This document shows, piece by piece, positions 9,699 to 18,011 of a stretch of 64,000 nt of DNA. The position numbers and the translations under genes are program-made. The DNA is taken from sequence record MZ475892.1; one strand, 5' to 3'. The first letter of the stretch is position 1, and every line of letters begins with the position of its first letter. The notes beneath the pieces are model-generated. The model was not told the DNA's origin and did no database searches. It saw nothing but the letters and a program-made list of their open reading frames with translations.

Positions 9699-9706
9699 GA
9701 TAAGTT

Positions 9707-10408
9707 ATGAACACAGTCTACCTACCGTCTTTGATTGATGCGCTCAACAACTGCCGCTTCTATGCAGCGAACATGATCAACATTCAGTTCAACATGCATC
9801 TTGAGGCATGTCCTCCTGAGCATCCTGAAGTACCAGAAGAAGATCATCAATTGCTGGTGGCTCGTATCGCTCAGGAGTTTGACAACGCTGTGAGTCGCAC
9901 TGACCTGCGCTGGGATGCAAAGCCGCTGATTCATCGCTTCCGCGCACTGCACTCTCAGTATCTTACTGCGGTTGGCGGTGAGTTGCAGTTCGACCGAATC
10001 CCGGAACTGTCTTATCCGATTCCGTTCCCGTTCACTGAGAACACTCCGCCTGATCAAGAGATCGCGCGTCGTCATCTGCGTTACACAGGTGAACAGGTTC
10101 GCGCATATCAGTATATGGTCTGCTTGTCTCGCTACACGCACAAGGAAGAGACGTACTATCTGCCTTCTCCTCCTGACCAGTTTGAGATGCCTGATGTTGA
10201 TGCAGCACTGCCTTTCGATAGCGCACAATCGCAGATCGCTGGTATCTTCCTCGAACACTATCAGCGCGTTGAACCTCCTCGTTATCGTGAGCAGGCGCTC
10301 CTCGAAGAAGTGGGTCGTGAGAAAATGCTGCCTATGATTTCTCAGTGTCGTTTCTGGATCTACAAGGCATTCCCTACAGTTATCGAAAAGGTTGAAACAA
10401 ATGACTGA
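9707..10408 (+). CDS. hypothetical protein
   Basis: 233-aa ORF. Confidence 0.75.
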   Translation: MNTVYLPSLIDALNNCRFYAANMINIQFNMHLEACPPEHPEVPEEDHQLLVARIAQEFDNAVSRTDLRWDAKPLIHRFRALHSQYLTAVGGELQFDRIPELSYPIPFPFTENTPPDQEIARRHLRYTGEQVRAYQYMVCLSRYTHKEETYYLPSPPDQFEMPDVDAALPFDSAQSQIAGIFLEHYQRVEPPRYREQALLEEVGREKMLPMISQCRFWIYKAFPTVIEKVETND

Positions 10409-10922
10409 TGTGGTTGTGTTCGACAAGCAAAGTGAGTGGGAAGACTTCGGCAGTGCAGTCTACGAAGAATTCCGACTGAACGTAATGACGGGCAGTAGCA
10501 GCGCATCTCAGATTCCTTCTGTTGTTGCATCCGAGGATGTGAAGCACGTTCTCAACTATGCCAACAAAGGTCTGGACCAATCGCCTATCGTTGTGCTGGA
10601 CGTTCTTATTCGTGAGATTGATCTGGCCGAAGGTGAATCGCGCAACTATGATGCAGACGGCCTGGATAGCGCTGTGCGTAAGATTGTTGACCTGTATAAA
10701 GCGCGTGCTGCTGACCTCGATTGCCACCTGACAGGTAACTTCCTGAACACCGGTCATCAGGTTGACGGTGCGTTGCTGCGTATCTATCGCAACAGCGACT
10801 GGTCCTGCAAAGGTCATCCAGAAGTTCTCGTCGGTCCTATTGGCATGTATCACTGTGACAAGTGCGGTGAACTGCAAGTGGCCGGAACATTCCACTCAGT
10901 ACCGGAGCAAGCGAATGTCTGA
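10401..10922 (+). CDS. hypothetical protein with C-terminal Zn ribbon
   Basis: CKGH...CDKC motif. Confidence 0.7.
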   Translation: MTDVVVFDKQSEWEDFGSAVYEEFRLNVMTGSSSASQIPSVVASEDVKHVLNYANKGLDQSPIVVLDVLIREIDLAEGESRNYDADGLDSAVRKIVDLYKARAADLDCHLTGNFLNTGHQVDGALLRIYRNSDWSCKGHPEVLVGPIGMYHCDKCGELQVAGTFHSVPEQANV

Positions 10923-11385
10923 TAAAGGCGGTCTGTGGCGTGTCTTCCCTGACTATGACTCGGAAGAGATGATGATCAAACTCAACATGGCTATCGGCGT
11001 TGACCCTGACGATGATGGCGTGCCTGATGAGTTGCATGTTACTCTGGCTTATGACGAAACTAACCCTGACGTCGAGGCAGAAGTGAATCATCCGGGCGAG
11101 TTCTTTGCGACTGTCACAGGTGTTGAGCTGTTTGGTGAAGGTCAAGATAAGATTCTGGTGCTAGTGCTCGAATCGCCTGACCTGTGTGCAGAGCATGATC
11201 GCATTCACGCATGTGGTGCAGCCAAGTTCTCTCACTCTCCGTATCGTCCACACGTTACGCTGTTGAAGCGTGCGAAAGACAGTCAGGTTGAATATCTGAA
11301 TCAGATCATTCAGCATCCAGGGCGTCCACCAATCACCCTGCGCTTCATCGATGAAGATCGCAAGGTGTTGGACAAGCGTAGTTAA
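10915..11385 (+). CDS. 2H phosphoesterase, Acb1 (T4 57B)-like anti-CBASS nuclease candidate
   Basis: two HxT motifs (LHVTLAY, PHVTL) and LVLVLES, matching the T4 57B/Acb1 layout as recalled. Confidence 0.8.
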   Translation: MSDKGGLWRVFPDYDSEEMMIKLNMAIGVDPDDDGVPDELHVTLAYDETNPDVEAEVNHPGEFFATVTGVELFGEGQDKILVLVLESPDLCAEHDRIHACGAAKFSHSPYRPHVTLLKRAKDSQVEYLNQIIQHPGRPPITLRFIDEDRKVLDKRS

Positions 11386-11389
11386 AAAC

Positions 11390-11419
11390 AAGCGGTGGCC
11401 AATGTGCTGCCGCTTTTGT
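11390..11419 (+). terminator. intrinsic terminator
   Basis: AAGCGGTGGC/GCTGCCGCTT stem + TTGT. Confidence 0.75.
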
Positions 11420-11437
11420 CATTCTGGAGGAATTTCG

Positions 11438-11761
11438 ATGGAAATGCTCGTAAGCCTTAGCCACGAGTTGCGTGTCGATGAGCAAGACGCACGCACGGCA
11501 GAAGAAGCACAGCCTCAGCAAAATCCTGATCAAGCACGCGCCCTTGAGCTGCAAGAAAAGAAACGCATCGAAGACACTTATGGTGTTGAAGCCACTGATG
11601 AAGAAATCAAACGTGGCGAAGATGCAGAGGCAGAAAAGAAACAAGCAGAGGAAGAGTCTGCCAAGCCTGAGAAGGTTGAGAATCTCGGTCAGTTTAAGCC
11701 CCGTGAAGATCTGACTGCCTCACAGATACAAGATGAGCACGATAAGCCAATCAATCTGTGA
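11438..11761 (+). CDS. hypothetical charged protein
   Basis: E/Q/K-rich 107 aa; GGAGG SD. Confidence 0.7.
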   Translation: MEMLVSLSHELRVDEQDARTAEEAQPQQNPDQARALELQEKKRIEDTYGVEATDEEIKRGEDAEAEKKQAEEESAKPEKVENLGQFKPREDLTASQIQDEHDKPINL

Positions 11762-11765
11762 AAAT

Positions 11766-11774
11766 CTGTAAATA
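11766..11774 (+). promoter_or_regulatory. CTGTAAATA putative promoter box for the sigma gene
   Basis: motif about 33 nt upstream of ATG 11807. Confidence 0.6.
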
Positions 11775-11806
11775 AGAGTCAAAGCAACTGACAGGTGTAT
11801 TTGACC

Positions 11807-12844
11807 ATGAATAACAAGTCTAACCTGACAGGCGGTCAAATCGAAAGCGTCATGGACACGATGCTTCACGACTGCCTGAGGGAGATTGTTGAGAATACGG
11901 ATATATTCGATGTGCAGCTAACGTACCTGTTGGCTCTCATCACGTCGAACAAAAAGCGTAAGCCCTACAACGCTCAAACCCGTGACCGTGCGATCAGCCT
12001 TCTGATTCGTGCGCTTTCAGTTCCTCGTAATCAGAAAATGATCTACATTCAGGAACTGAAAATGGAACGCAACTTTATCTATGTGTTCCTGGAAAATGTA
12101 ATTAAGCGGTACTACGTTACTTATGTTGATCTCTATCGCGCATTCATTTGCACGCAAGATGAGGTCAAGCGTAAAGCGTATGCGAATCGCCTGAACGTGT
12201 ATGTCAAAATGTTCGGTGCCGATTCCCGCTCCAAACTGTTTGTTGCGCTGTGTCGCTTAAACGATCTTATGCCGCAATTCATGGAATACTTCCATAGCGT
12301 TGTCGGTGACTTCTATCGTCTGAGCAGCAAGCAAACGAAATTTTATATTGATACCAATAAAGGCAAGCTATACGACAGCAAGGACGTGCGTCAAAACTTC
12401 CTGCGCAATATCATTATTGCTATCAATAAGTATGACTCGTCGCGAGGTGCGATAGTCAGCTACGTGAAGTGGTGGATTCTGAACGCTCAAACCTGTAGCA
12501 GCTCCGAGCATGAGTACGGTATTGCTTACACGATACCTCAGACTCAGCGTAAGAAACTCGCAACAGGTGAAGACAACACTTCAATGAATTTCTCGGTTAG
12601 TCTCGATGCTCCAACGTCTGAATCTGATGAAGGGGCGGACGCGTCCTTGCATCAAAAGGTGAGTGACCATCATCACCTTGAAGATCACGTTGACAGCGAA
12701 AGACGTACTGAAAAACTGAGGCTGCTTATTAAGCGCGTTGACCCCTATGGAGTGGCCCGACTGACTATGGACGTCGGAGAGGAGTTCGATAAATTCGAGC
12801 TGGAAAAAATGCAGCGACATATGCAGCTTCAAGGGCTAGCCTAA
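11807..12844 (+). CDS. phage sigma-70-like RNA polymerase sigma factor
   Basis: AINKYDSSRGAIVSYVKWWILNA resembles region 2.3-2.4; SVSLDAP resembles region 3; no evident region 4.2 HTH. Confidence 0.75.
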   Translation: MNNKSNLTGGQIESVMDTMLHDCLREIVENTDIFDVQLTYLLALITSNKKRKPYNAQTRDRAISLLIRALSVPRNQKMIYIQELKMERNFIYVFLENVIKRYYVTYVDLYRAFICTQDEVKRKAYANRLNVYVKMFGADSRSKLFVALCRLNDLMPQFMEYFHSVVGDFYRLSSKQTKFYIDTNKGKLYDSKDVRQNFLRNIIIAINKYDSSRGAIVSYVKWWILNAQTCSSSEHEYGIAYTIPQTQRKKLATGEDNTSMNFSVSLDAPTSESDEGADASLHQKVSDHHHLEDHVDSERRTEKLRLLIKRVDPYGVARLTMDVGEEFDKFELEKMQRHMQLQGLA

Positions 12845-12846
12845 AA

Positions 12847-12855
12847 CTGTAAACA
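12847..12855 (+). promoter_or_regulatory. CTGTAAACA putative promoter box for SSB
   Basis: motif about 37 nt upstream of ATG 12892. Confidence 0.6.
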
Positions 12856-12891
12856 TTGCGTAACAGCAAAACTCAATATTGAGGATATACA

Positions 12892-14142
12892 ATGGGACGT
12901 GGATTTGGTGACATTCAGGACAACAGCAAACGCGATAGCCTTCGCGAGTCCGAAATTTTTGAAATCTTCCCTTTAGCGAAGAAAGCAAACGGCGCGTGGG
13001 TATCGATTCGTCTGTTGGACCTTGACCTGCTTCCAATCAAGAAGCACTGGATTAAGATCATGGGCGGGAAAGATAAAGATAAGGAAATCAAAATCCCGCG
13101 TATGTGCGTCAGCTTCGACCCTGACAATCAGAACAAGCCGCTCAACGGCATGAAGTGTCCGTACTGTGGTATTCAACACGGTAACGATGAGTCGGGTGCA
13201 CCAGCGCAGTATGACTACAAGTGGTACGCGCAAGCAATCATCCGTGATGTGCAGGCCGGTGCTCCTCGCAAAATGCCGAGCATGACTAAGAAAGAACAAA
13301 AGTCAGGCAAGAAAGAAATGGGCAGCGAGTCTTGGACTCCTGTGCAGTGTATTGGTCTGTCGAACTCTCTGGCAAGTAAAATCCAGCAGCTGGGTGAGCG
13401 TAACATTCACACGGTCAAAGATAAGAAAACCGGTAAGAAGTCTAAGCAGGCGTTCCAGGTTAACCATCCGAAGTATGGCTGTGATATTGAAATCAAATAC
13501 AACGCCAAGAAATCTCCGGCTGAACGTTACACCCTCGAACGTGGCGATCATACTCCACTGACGAAAGATGAACAGGCGTATCTGACCTGGGACTTCGACA
13601 ACTGGAACGAAATCTACGACCTGCTGGGTCGTCTGGACGAAGATGCTGCTATGGCAGACTTCAAAAAGATGGACGTTCTCGGCGGTGAGTCTCAAGTCGA
13701 TGGAGACGACGATGAAGACGAAGACGATGATGACGACATGGCGCTCGGTAAGAAAAAGAAAGGCGCCAAAGGCAAAGCGGACAAGAAAAAGCGCCGCTCA
13801 ATGGACGATGATGACGAAGACGACGACGAAGACGATGAAGATGATCGTCCGTCAAAATCTAAGAAGTCCAAGTCCAAGTCGAAGTCTCGTGCTCTGTTAG
13901 ACGACGATGAAGACGACGAAGACGATGACGATGAGCCTAAGAAGAAAAAGAAATCTTCTAAGGACAAGTCGTCCAAGTCGTCTAAAGTGAAATCCAAAAA
14001 GTCTAAGAAGTCAGATGATGACGACGAAGACGACGAAGATGATAAGCCGAAGAAGAAAAAGAAATCCTCTTCGGTGAAGTCGTCGTCTAAGAAAAAGTCT
14101 TCGAAGGACGATGAGCCTAAGAAGAAAAAGAAAAAGAAGTAA
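12892..14142 (+). CDS. T4 gp32-like single-stranded DNA-binding protein with long D/E- and K/S-block tail
   Basis: H...C...CPYC Zn-ligand spacing as in gp32; adjacent to recA; about 150-aa disordered tail. Confidence 0.7.
   Translation: MGRGFGDIQDNSKRDSLRESEIFEIFPLAKKANGAWVSIRLLDLDLLPIKKHWIKIMGGKDKDKEIKIPRMCVSFDPDNQNKPLNGMKCPYCGIQHGNDESGAPAQYDYKWYAQAIIRDVQAGAPRKMPSMTKKEQKSGKKEMGSESWTPVQCIGLSNSLASKIQQLGERNIHTVKDKKTGKKSKQAFQVNHPKYGCDIEIKYNAKKSPAERYTLERGDHTPLTKDEQAYLTWDFDNWNEIYDLLGRLDEDAAMADFKKMDVLGGESQVDGDDDEDEDDDDDMALGKKKKGAKGKADKKKRRSMDDDDEDDDEDDEDDRPSKSKKSKSKSKSRALLDDDEDDEDDDDEPKKKKKSSKDKSSKSSKVKSKKSKKSDDDDEDDEDDKPKKKKKSSSVKSSSKKKSSKDDEPKKKKKKK
13705..14139 (+). repeat. low-complexity GAY/GAR and AAR codon blocks
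   Basis: alternating poly-D/E and poly-K/S blocks; the unit D(D)EPKKKKK recurs. Confidence 0.85.
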
Positions 14143-14150
14143 AATGAATC

Positions 14151-14180
14151 GGGGTGGCTAGCGCCGCCCCTTTCTTTTCT
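14151..14180 (+). terminator. intrinsic terminator
   Basis: GGGGTGGC/GCCGCCCC stem + TTTCTTTT. Confidence 0.85.
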
Positions 14181-14201
14181 CCACTCAGGAATTATCTCTC
14201 A

Positions 14202-16703
14202 ATGGCAAAAGAGAAGAAGGCCAAAGCAAGCAAGAAGGCGAAAGCTGTTGCTTCTGATGACATTGGCGGGACCGTAGTAGAACTGTTTAGTCTGGGTAGC
14301 TACATGGACGACGTCCTCGATGCTATCGAAAAGAAGACGAAAGTTAGTTCCGCTGATGCTGCCCGACATGCTCCTCGTATCTCGACCGGTGTGCTTGCTC
14401 TCGACATGTATCTGGATGGTGGTATCGTGCCTGGCGGCTGGTACACGTTCAGCGGCGGTGAGCAATCATGTAAGTCAACCATGACCATGAGTATCATGGC
14501 CTCTCTTATTCGTCTCAAGTACAGCGGCATTAGCGTTGTGTTTGACTACGAAGGTTCTACCGATGCCGACTACGTTGCTGGTCAGCTCAAAACATTCGGC
14601 GTTAAAGTCGATCCGAAAACTATCTTCGGTGTGCGTGATGAAGAAGGCGGCTGGATCATCAAGCCTACCATTCGCTACTACGCGCCTGACAACGGTGAGC
14701 GCTTCTTCGATTATATGTCGATGCTGCGTCGTCGCCTGCCTGACAAGATCGTTGAGAAAGACGGTTCAGCTTACTACCTCTTCGAGAACACCAAAGAGAA
14801 CTCGAAGAAGCTGGCAGGCAAGTACGATAAGAAGTGGTTCAGTCGTAACAACCAGTTCAAAGTTCCTGCGCCAGATGGCCACATGCAGGCTGCTGTTATC
14901 GTTGACTCATATCCGGCAATGCTGCCTGATCAGGTCGATGACGACGACGGTTCAAAAGCAATGGCTCTGCAAGCGCGTATGTTCTCCGATGGCATCAAAC
15001 GTTTCCGTGGCGGTATGCGCCGTAAGATGATGACTATCGTGGGCGTTAACCAGTTGCGCCAGAAGCCTGCTGTAATGTTCGGCAGCCCTGAATATGAGCC
15101 GGGCGGGGACGCTCTCAAGTTCTATTGCTTCGCTGATGACACGCGCATTCGTACCGACCACGGTGTGTTGACTGCGCCTAAGATTAAAGCGTTGCTGGAC
15201 GAAGGCAAAGAAGTTTGCGTTGAATCGTTCGAAGGCTTCCAGAAGATTAACGGCGCGTGGAAAGTTGAAGACGCTCCTTATCCGATCGAAGTCAATGCTG
15301 GTGGCCATGTGTATATCGGCAGTGCTGAGCATCGCCAGTTCACCTTCATGCATGACACAACCGCAGAAGGTATGCGTGTACTTCGTCCTGAGTGGAACAC
15401 GCTTAGCCAGCTGGCGCAGTACCCTTCTGCGGAAGGTCAGTATGCTGCGATTCGTCTTGCGTCCGTCGAAGAACTCAAGCAGAACACGCCTGATCAATTC
15501 GATACATCAAGCAAGAACATCGAGCTGGTGCTGTCTAACTGTGGTCCTGAGAAGCGTGATATTAATATCCTCTCTCATGACGGCACAACGTACACAATGC
15601 CTGCTGTGCTGATCGACGCCGTTGGTCCTTACGATCACGTTGAAGACTTCGCGCATTACATTCAGGACTTCCTGAACATCGGTATCTATGCGTATGCAGA
15701 CAACTCCGGTATCTGGATTCCTGGTCTGGTTGAAGCTGACCTGCACAACGCTGTTGCACGCGATGCAGACTCTGGTTATCAGGGCGTTGACTTCTACGCT
15801 ACCTCACGTCAGATCAGCTACCAGATGATGGCAGTTATCTCTGATGTGTTCCCAGAGCTGACTCGCTTCGTTCTGGACTTCAACGCTAATCACGCGGAAG
15901 AGCAGGAAGAGCAAGTTTATCTGGCTCCTGGCTTTGACATTGCCGAAGCTATGGACGGCATTCTGCACAAAGAGATCAGCGGCTACGACGACCAGTACGA
16001 TCTGCTGATGCAACAACTGGCCTATGTCGAAGACTGGTTCAGTGTTGATGACCGTCTGCTGCCTGTACCGTTTACGCTGCGTGCGCTTGACAAGCAAGTT
16101 GAGTTCTGGGATGTTAACGTCGATGAAACTTCCGTCGTTATCACCAACAACTTCGTTAGTCATAACAGTGACGTTCGCGTTCGTCTGGCTTCTCGTGCTG
16201 TGCCTGAAGGTTGGCCGAAACTCAAAGACGCGCCTGGCGTTGTCGGTGAGAAGTCTGTTTCTGTTGAAGGCGGTACTGACCGCTATCGCTTCATTGCAGC
16301 CAAGACCATCAAGAACAAGATGGGCGGTATCCCTAACCAGCAGACGTGGTTACGCCTGTGGGAAGCTGACGGTAACGGTGAAGCGCGTGGCTTTGACCCA
16401 GTGTTCGATACATGGCACTATGTCAAAACTCTCGGCCTCGTCAACGGTACGCGCAAGTCATTCAAACTGAAAGCGCCGTGCCCTGTAGCATCCGAAGTTA
16501 AGATGGATTGGGATGACTTCCGTACGCTGATCAACGGTAACAAAGAACAGATTGTTAGCGTGTGCAAAAAGCTGAAAGTCAAACCTGTATCTCTGCGTCT
16601 GTGGGCGTTCAAGTTCGTGCAGTCCCAGAAAGGCAAAGATATGTTGAAAGCGTCGATCAGTAAGTCCGTCAAGAACGTTAACGACGACGAAGACGACGAT
16701 TAA
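14202..16703 (+). CDS. recA: RecA/UvsX recombinase precursor containing an intein
   Basis: RISTGVLALD, GGEQSCKST (Walker A), VIVDS (Walker B), NQLRQK, PGGDALKFY motifs. Confidence 0.92.
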   Translation: MAKEKKAKASKKAKAVASDDIGGTVVELFSLGSYMDDVLDAIEKKTKVSSADAARHAPRISTGVLALDMYLDGGIVPGGWYTFSGGEQSCKSTMTMSIMASLIRLKYSGISVVFDYEGSTDADYVAGQLKTFGVKVDPKTIFGVRDEEGGWIIKPTIRYYAPDNGERFFDYMSMLRRRLPDKIVEKDGSAYYLFENTKENSKKLAGKYDKKWFSRNNQFKVPAPDGHMQAAVIVDSYPAMLPDQVDDDDGSKAMALQARMFSDGIKRFRGGMRRKMMTIVGVNQLRQKPAVMFGSPEYEPGGDALKFYCFADDTRIRTDHGVLTAPKIKALLDEGKEVCVESFEGFQKINGAWKVEDAPYPIEVNAGGHVYIGSAEHRQFTFMHDTTAEGMRVLRPEWNTLSQLAQYPSAEGQYAAIRLASVEELKQNTPDQFDTSSKNIELVLSNCGPEKRDINILSHDGTTYTMPAVLIDAVGPYDHVEDFAHYIQDFLNIGIYAYADNSGIWIPGLVEADLHNAVARDADSGYQGVDFYATSRQISYQMMAVISDVFPELTRFVLDFNANHAEEQEEQVYLAPGFDIAEAMDGILHKEISGYDDQYDLLMQQLAYVEDWFSVDDRLLPVPFTLRALDKQVEFWDVNVDETSVVITNNFVSHNSDVRVRLASRAVPEGWPKLKDAPGVVGEKSVSVEGGTDRYRFIAAKTIKNKMGGIPNQQTWLRLWEADGNGEARGFDPVFDTWHYVKTLGLVNGTRKSFKLKAPCPVASEVKMDWDDFRTLINGNKEQIVSVCKKLKVKPVSLRLWAFKFVQSQKGKDMLKASISKSVKNVNDDEDDD
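15126..16166 (+). mobile_element. intein (347 aa) in RecA with degenerate LAGLIDADG remnant
   Basis: starts Cys (CFADDTRI) after ALKFY; block B SAEH; block F/G FWDVNVDETSVVITNNFVSHN followed by Ser+1; AVLIDAVG motif. Confidence 0.9.
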
Positions 16704-16747
16704 TTAACTCGCGGTCCTTCAGGGCCGCCCTATATCTGGAGAAAGAA

Positions 16748-17131
16748 ATGCGTACTCTGATTCATACCGCAGACGTAACCAATCTGTCTGTGCTGGAACT
16801 GGAAGAAGGCTCTGTAGCAAAGCCTGTTACTCCAAGTCTGATTTCTGATCTCAAAGAGCTGTTATCTCGTGAAAACCTGAGCCAGAACATTCGCCACGTT
16901 GTGTTCATCTCTGCTGACCAGGTCGGCGTATTCACCGAAGCTGAGATGATCAACTACTTCGACCCAATCGAGCAGGTGTCTGAAATCAACGCAGGCAATA
17001 TCGGTACTGTGCTGGCTATGCAGGTTATTCGTGTCGATGACAAGACTAATCTGATCGCAGTGGCTGGTGTCACTGATGTGGAAGAAGGCGTTACTATCAA
17101 CGAGTTCAACGCATCGCCTGTAAATCTGTAA
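16748..17131 (+). CDS. hypothetical protein
   Basis: 127-aa ORF, GGAG SD. Confidence 0.75.
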   Translation: MRTLIHTADVTNLSVLELEEGSVAKPVTPSLISDLKELLSRENLSQNIRHVVFISADQVGVFTEAEMINYFDPIEQVSEINAGNIGTVLAMQVIRVDDKTNLIAVAGVTDVEEGVTINEFNASPVNL

Positions 17132-17134
17132 ATA
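17118..17134 (+). promoter_or_regulatory. tandem CTGTAAAT-CTGTAAATA boxes
   Basis: two abutting motif copies at the end of 16748..17131. Confidence 0.5.
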
Positions 17135-17201
17135 AAACAAGTGAGGGCAATCGTGTCCTCACTTAACTCACTCTGATAGGGCATTGACCCGGGAGATAAA
17201 C

Positions 17202-17924
17202 ATGACAATCAAATTTGTCGAAGTACCGAACGTTAGTATGTTCGAGGGTCTGGTGCATGGCGCCAACCGACACGCACAAAACACCAACATCGGTGGCAAG
17301 GCTCGTTACGCATTCTACGTGGATGTGACAGAAGCTGCGGCCGAAGCTGCACTGTATTCAATGTTGCGCAAGAAGGCACACGCAGATGTTAGAGCTGTGG
17401 GCTACTCTGTTTCTCATACTGTGCGCGGTATGACTCAACCCAAAGAGATTCCTGTTTTCTTGTCCGACAACTTGTCGCACATATCATTGGATTCTTTGAA
17501 ACAAAATTTAGGTGAGTTGCTTCGCGCGCTATGCCGTTCGGCAGCCAGCTCTGATAGCAACATCATTCTGTATTACCAGAAGGACATGGCTTTCATCAAA
17601 AGCAAAATGTTCGATTGGGTTCTTGAAAGCAAACTGAGCAGACCTTCAAAAGTAGACTGCGAACTGTATGTTCGTTCCTCAAATATCGATCTTAACGTCC
17701 TACTTAATATCGTTAGAGATCACGATTACATTGGTCACTTTGCATCTAACATACCACAAGAGATTACAATAGGCTCTGATGCGAGTGCCATAGATGCGGT
17801 CAAGTTATACGACACGGCCGACTTACTGGCTGCTCAAGGTCGCAAAGTGCATCTGTGCAATGACATTTATCGCAAAGCGTTGTCTATCTCCTTTGCCGAC
17901 GGTATTCCGCGTAATCAACTGTAA
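17202..17924 (+). CDS. hypothetical protein
   Basis: 240-aa ORF, GGAG SD. Confidence 0.75.
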   Translation: MTIKFVEVPNVSMFEGLVHGANRHAQNTNIGGKARYAFYVDVTEAAAEAALYSMLRKKAHADVRAVGYSVSHTVRGMTQPKEIPVFLSDNLSHISLDSLKQNLGELLRALCRSAASSDSNIILYYQKDMAFIKSKMFDWVLESKLSRPSKVDCELYVRSSNIDLNVLLNIVRDHDYIGHFASNIPQEITIGSDASAIDAVKLYDTADLLAAQGRKVHLCNDIYRKALSISFADGIPRNQL

Positions 17925-17967
17925 CCAAACACATTGCTGTGTGTAGTCTTTGGCCAAACTTAGGCTC

Positions 17968-17997
17968 GGGAGTCCAGGACGGGCTCCCATTTTTATT
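17968..17997 (+). terminator. intrinsic terminator
   Basis: GGGAGTCC/GGGCTCCC stem + ATTTTTATTT. Confidence 0.8.
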
Positions 17998-18011
17998 TCG
18001 GAGACAGAACA

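Noticed and set aside
6755-13997. Poly-Ser antisense ORFs (6755..7201, 13692..13997; also 57505..57723)
   Set aside because: Reverse complements of GAY/GAR acidic tracts
13705-14139. Repetitive DNA that could be mistaken for a CRISPR array or tandem repeat locus
   Set aside because: In-frame codon repeats; no constant repeat/unique spacer pattern anywhere in the window
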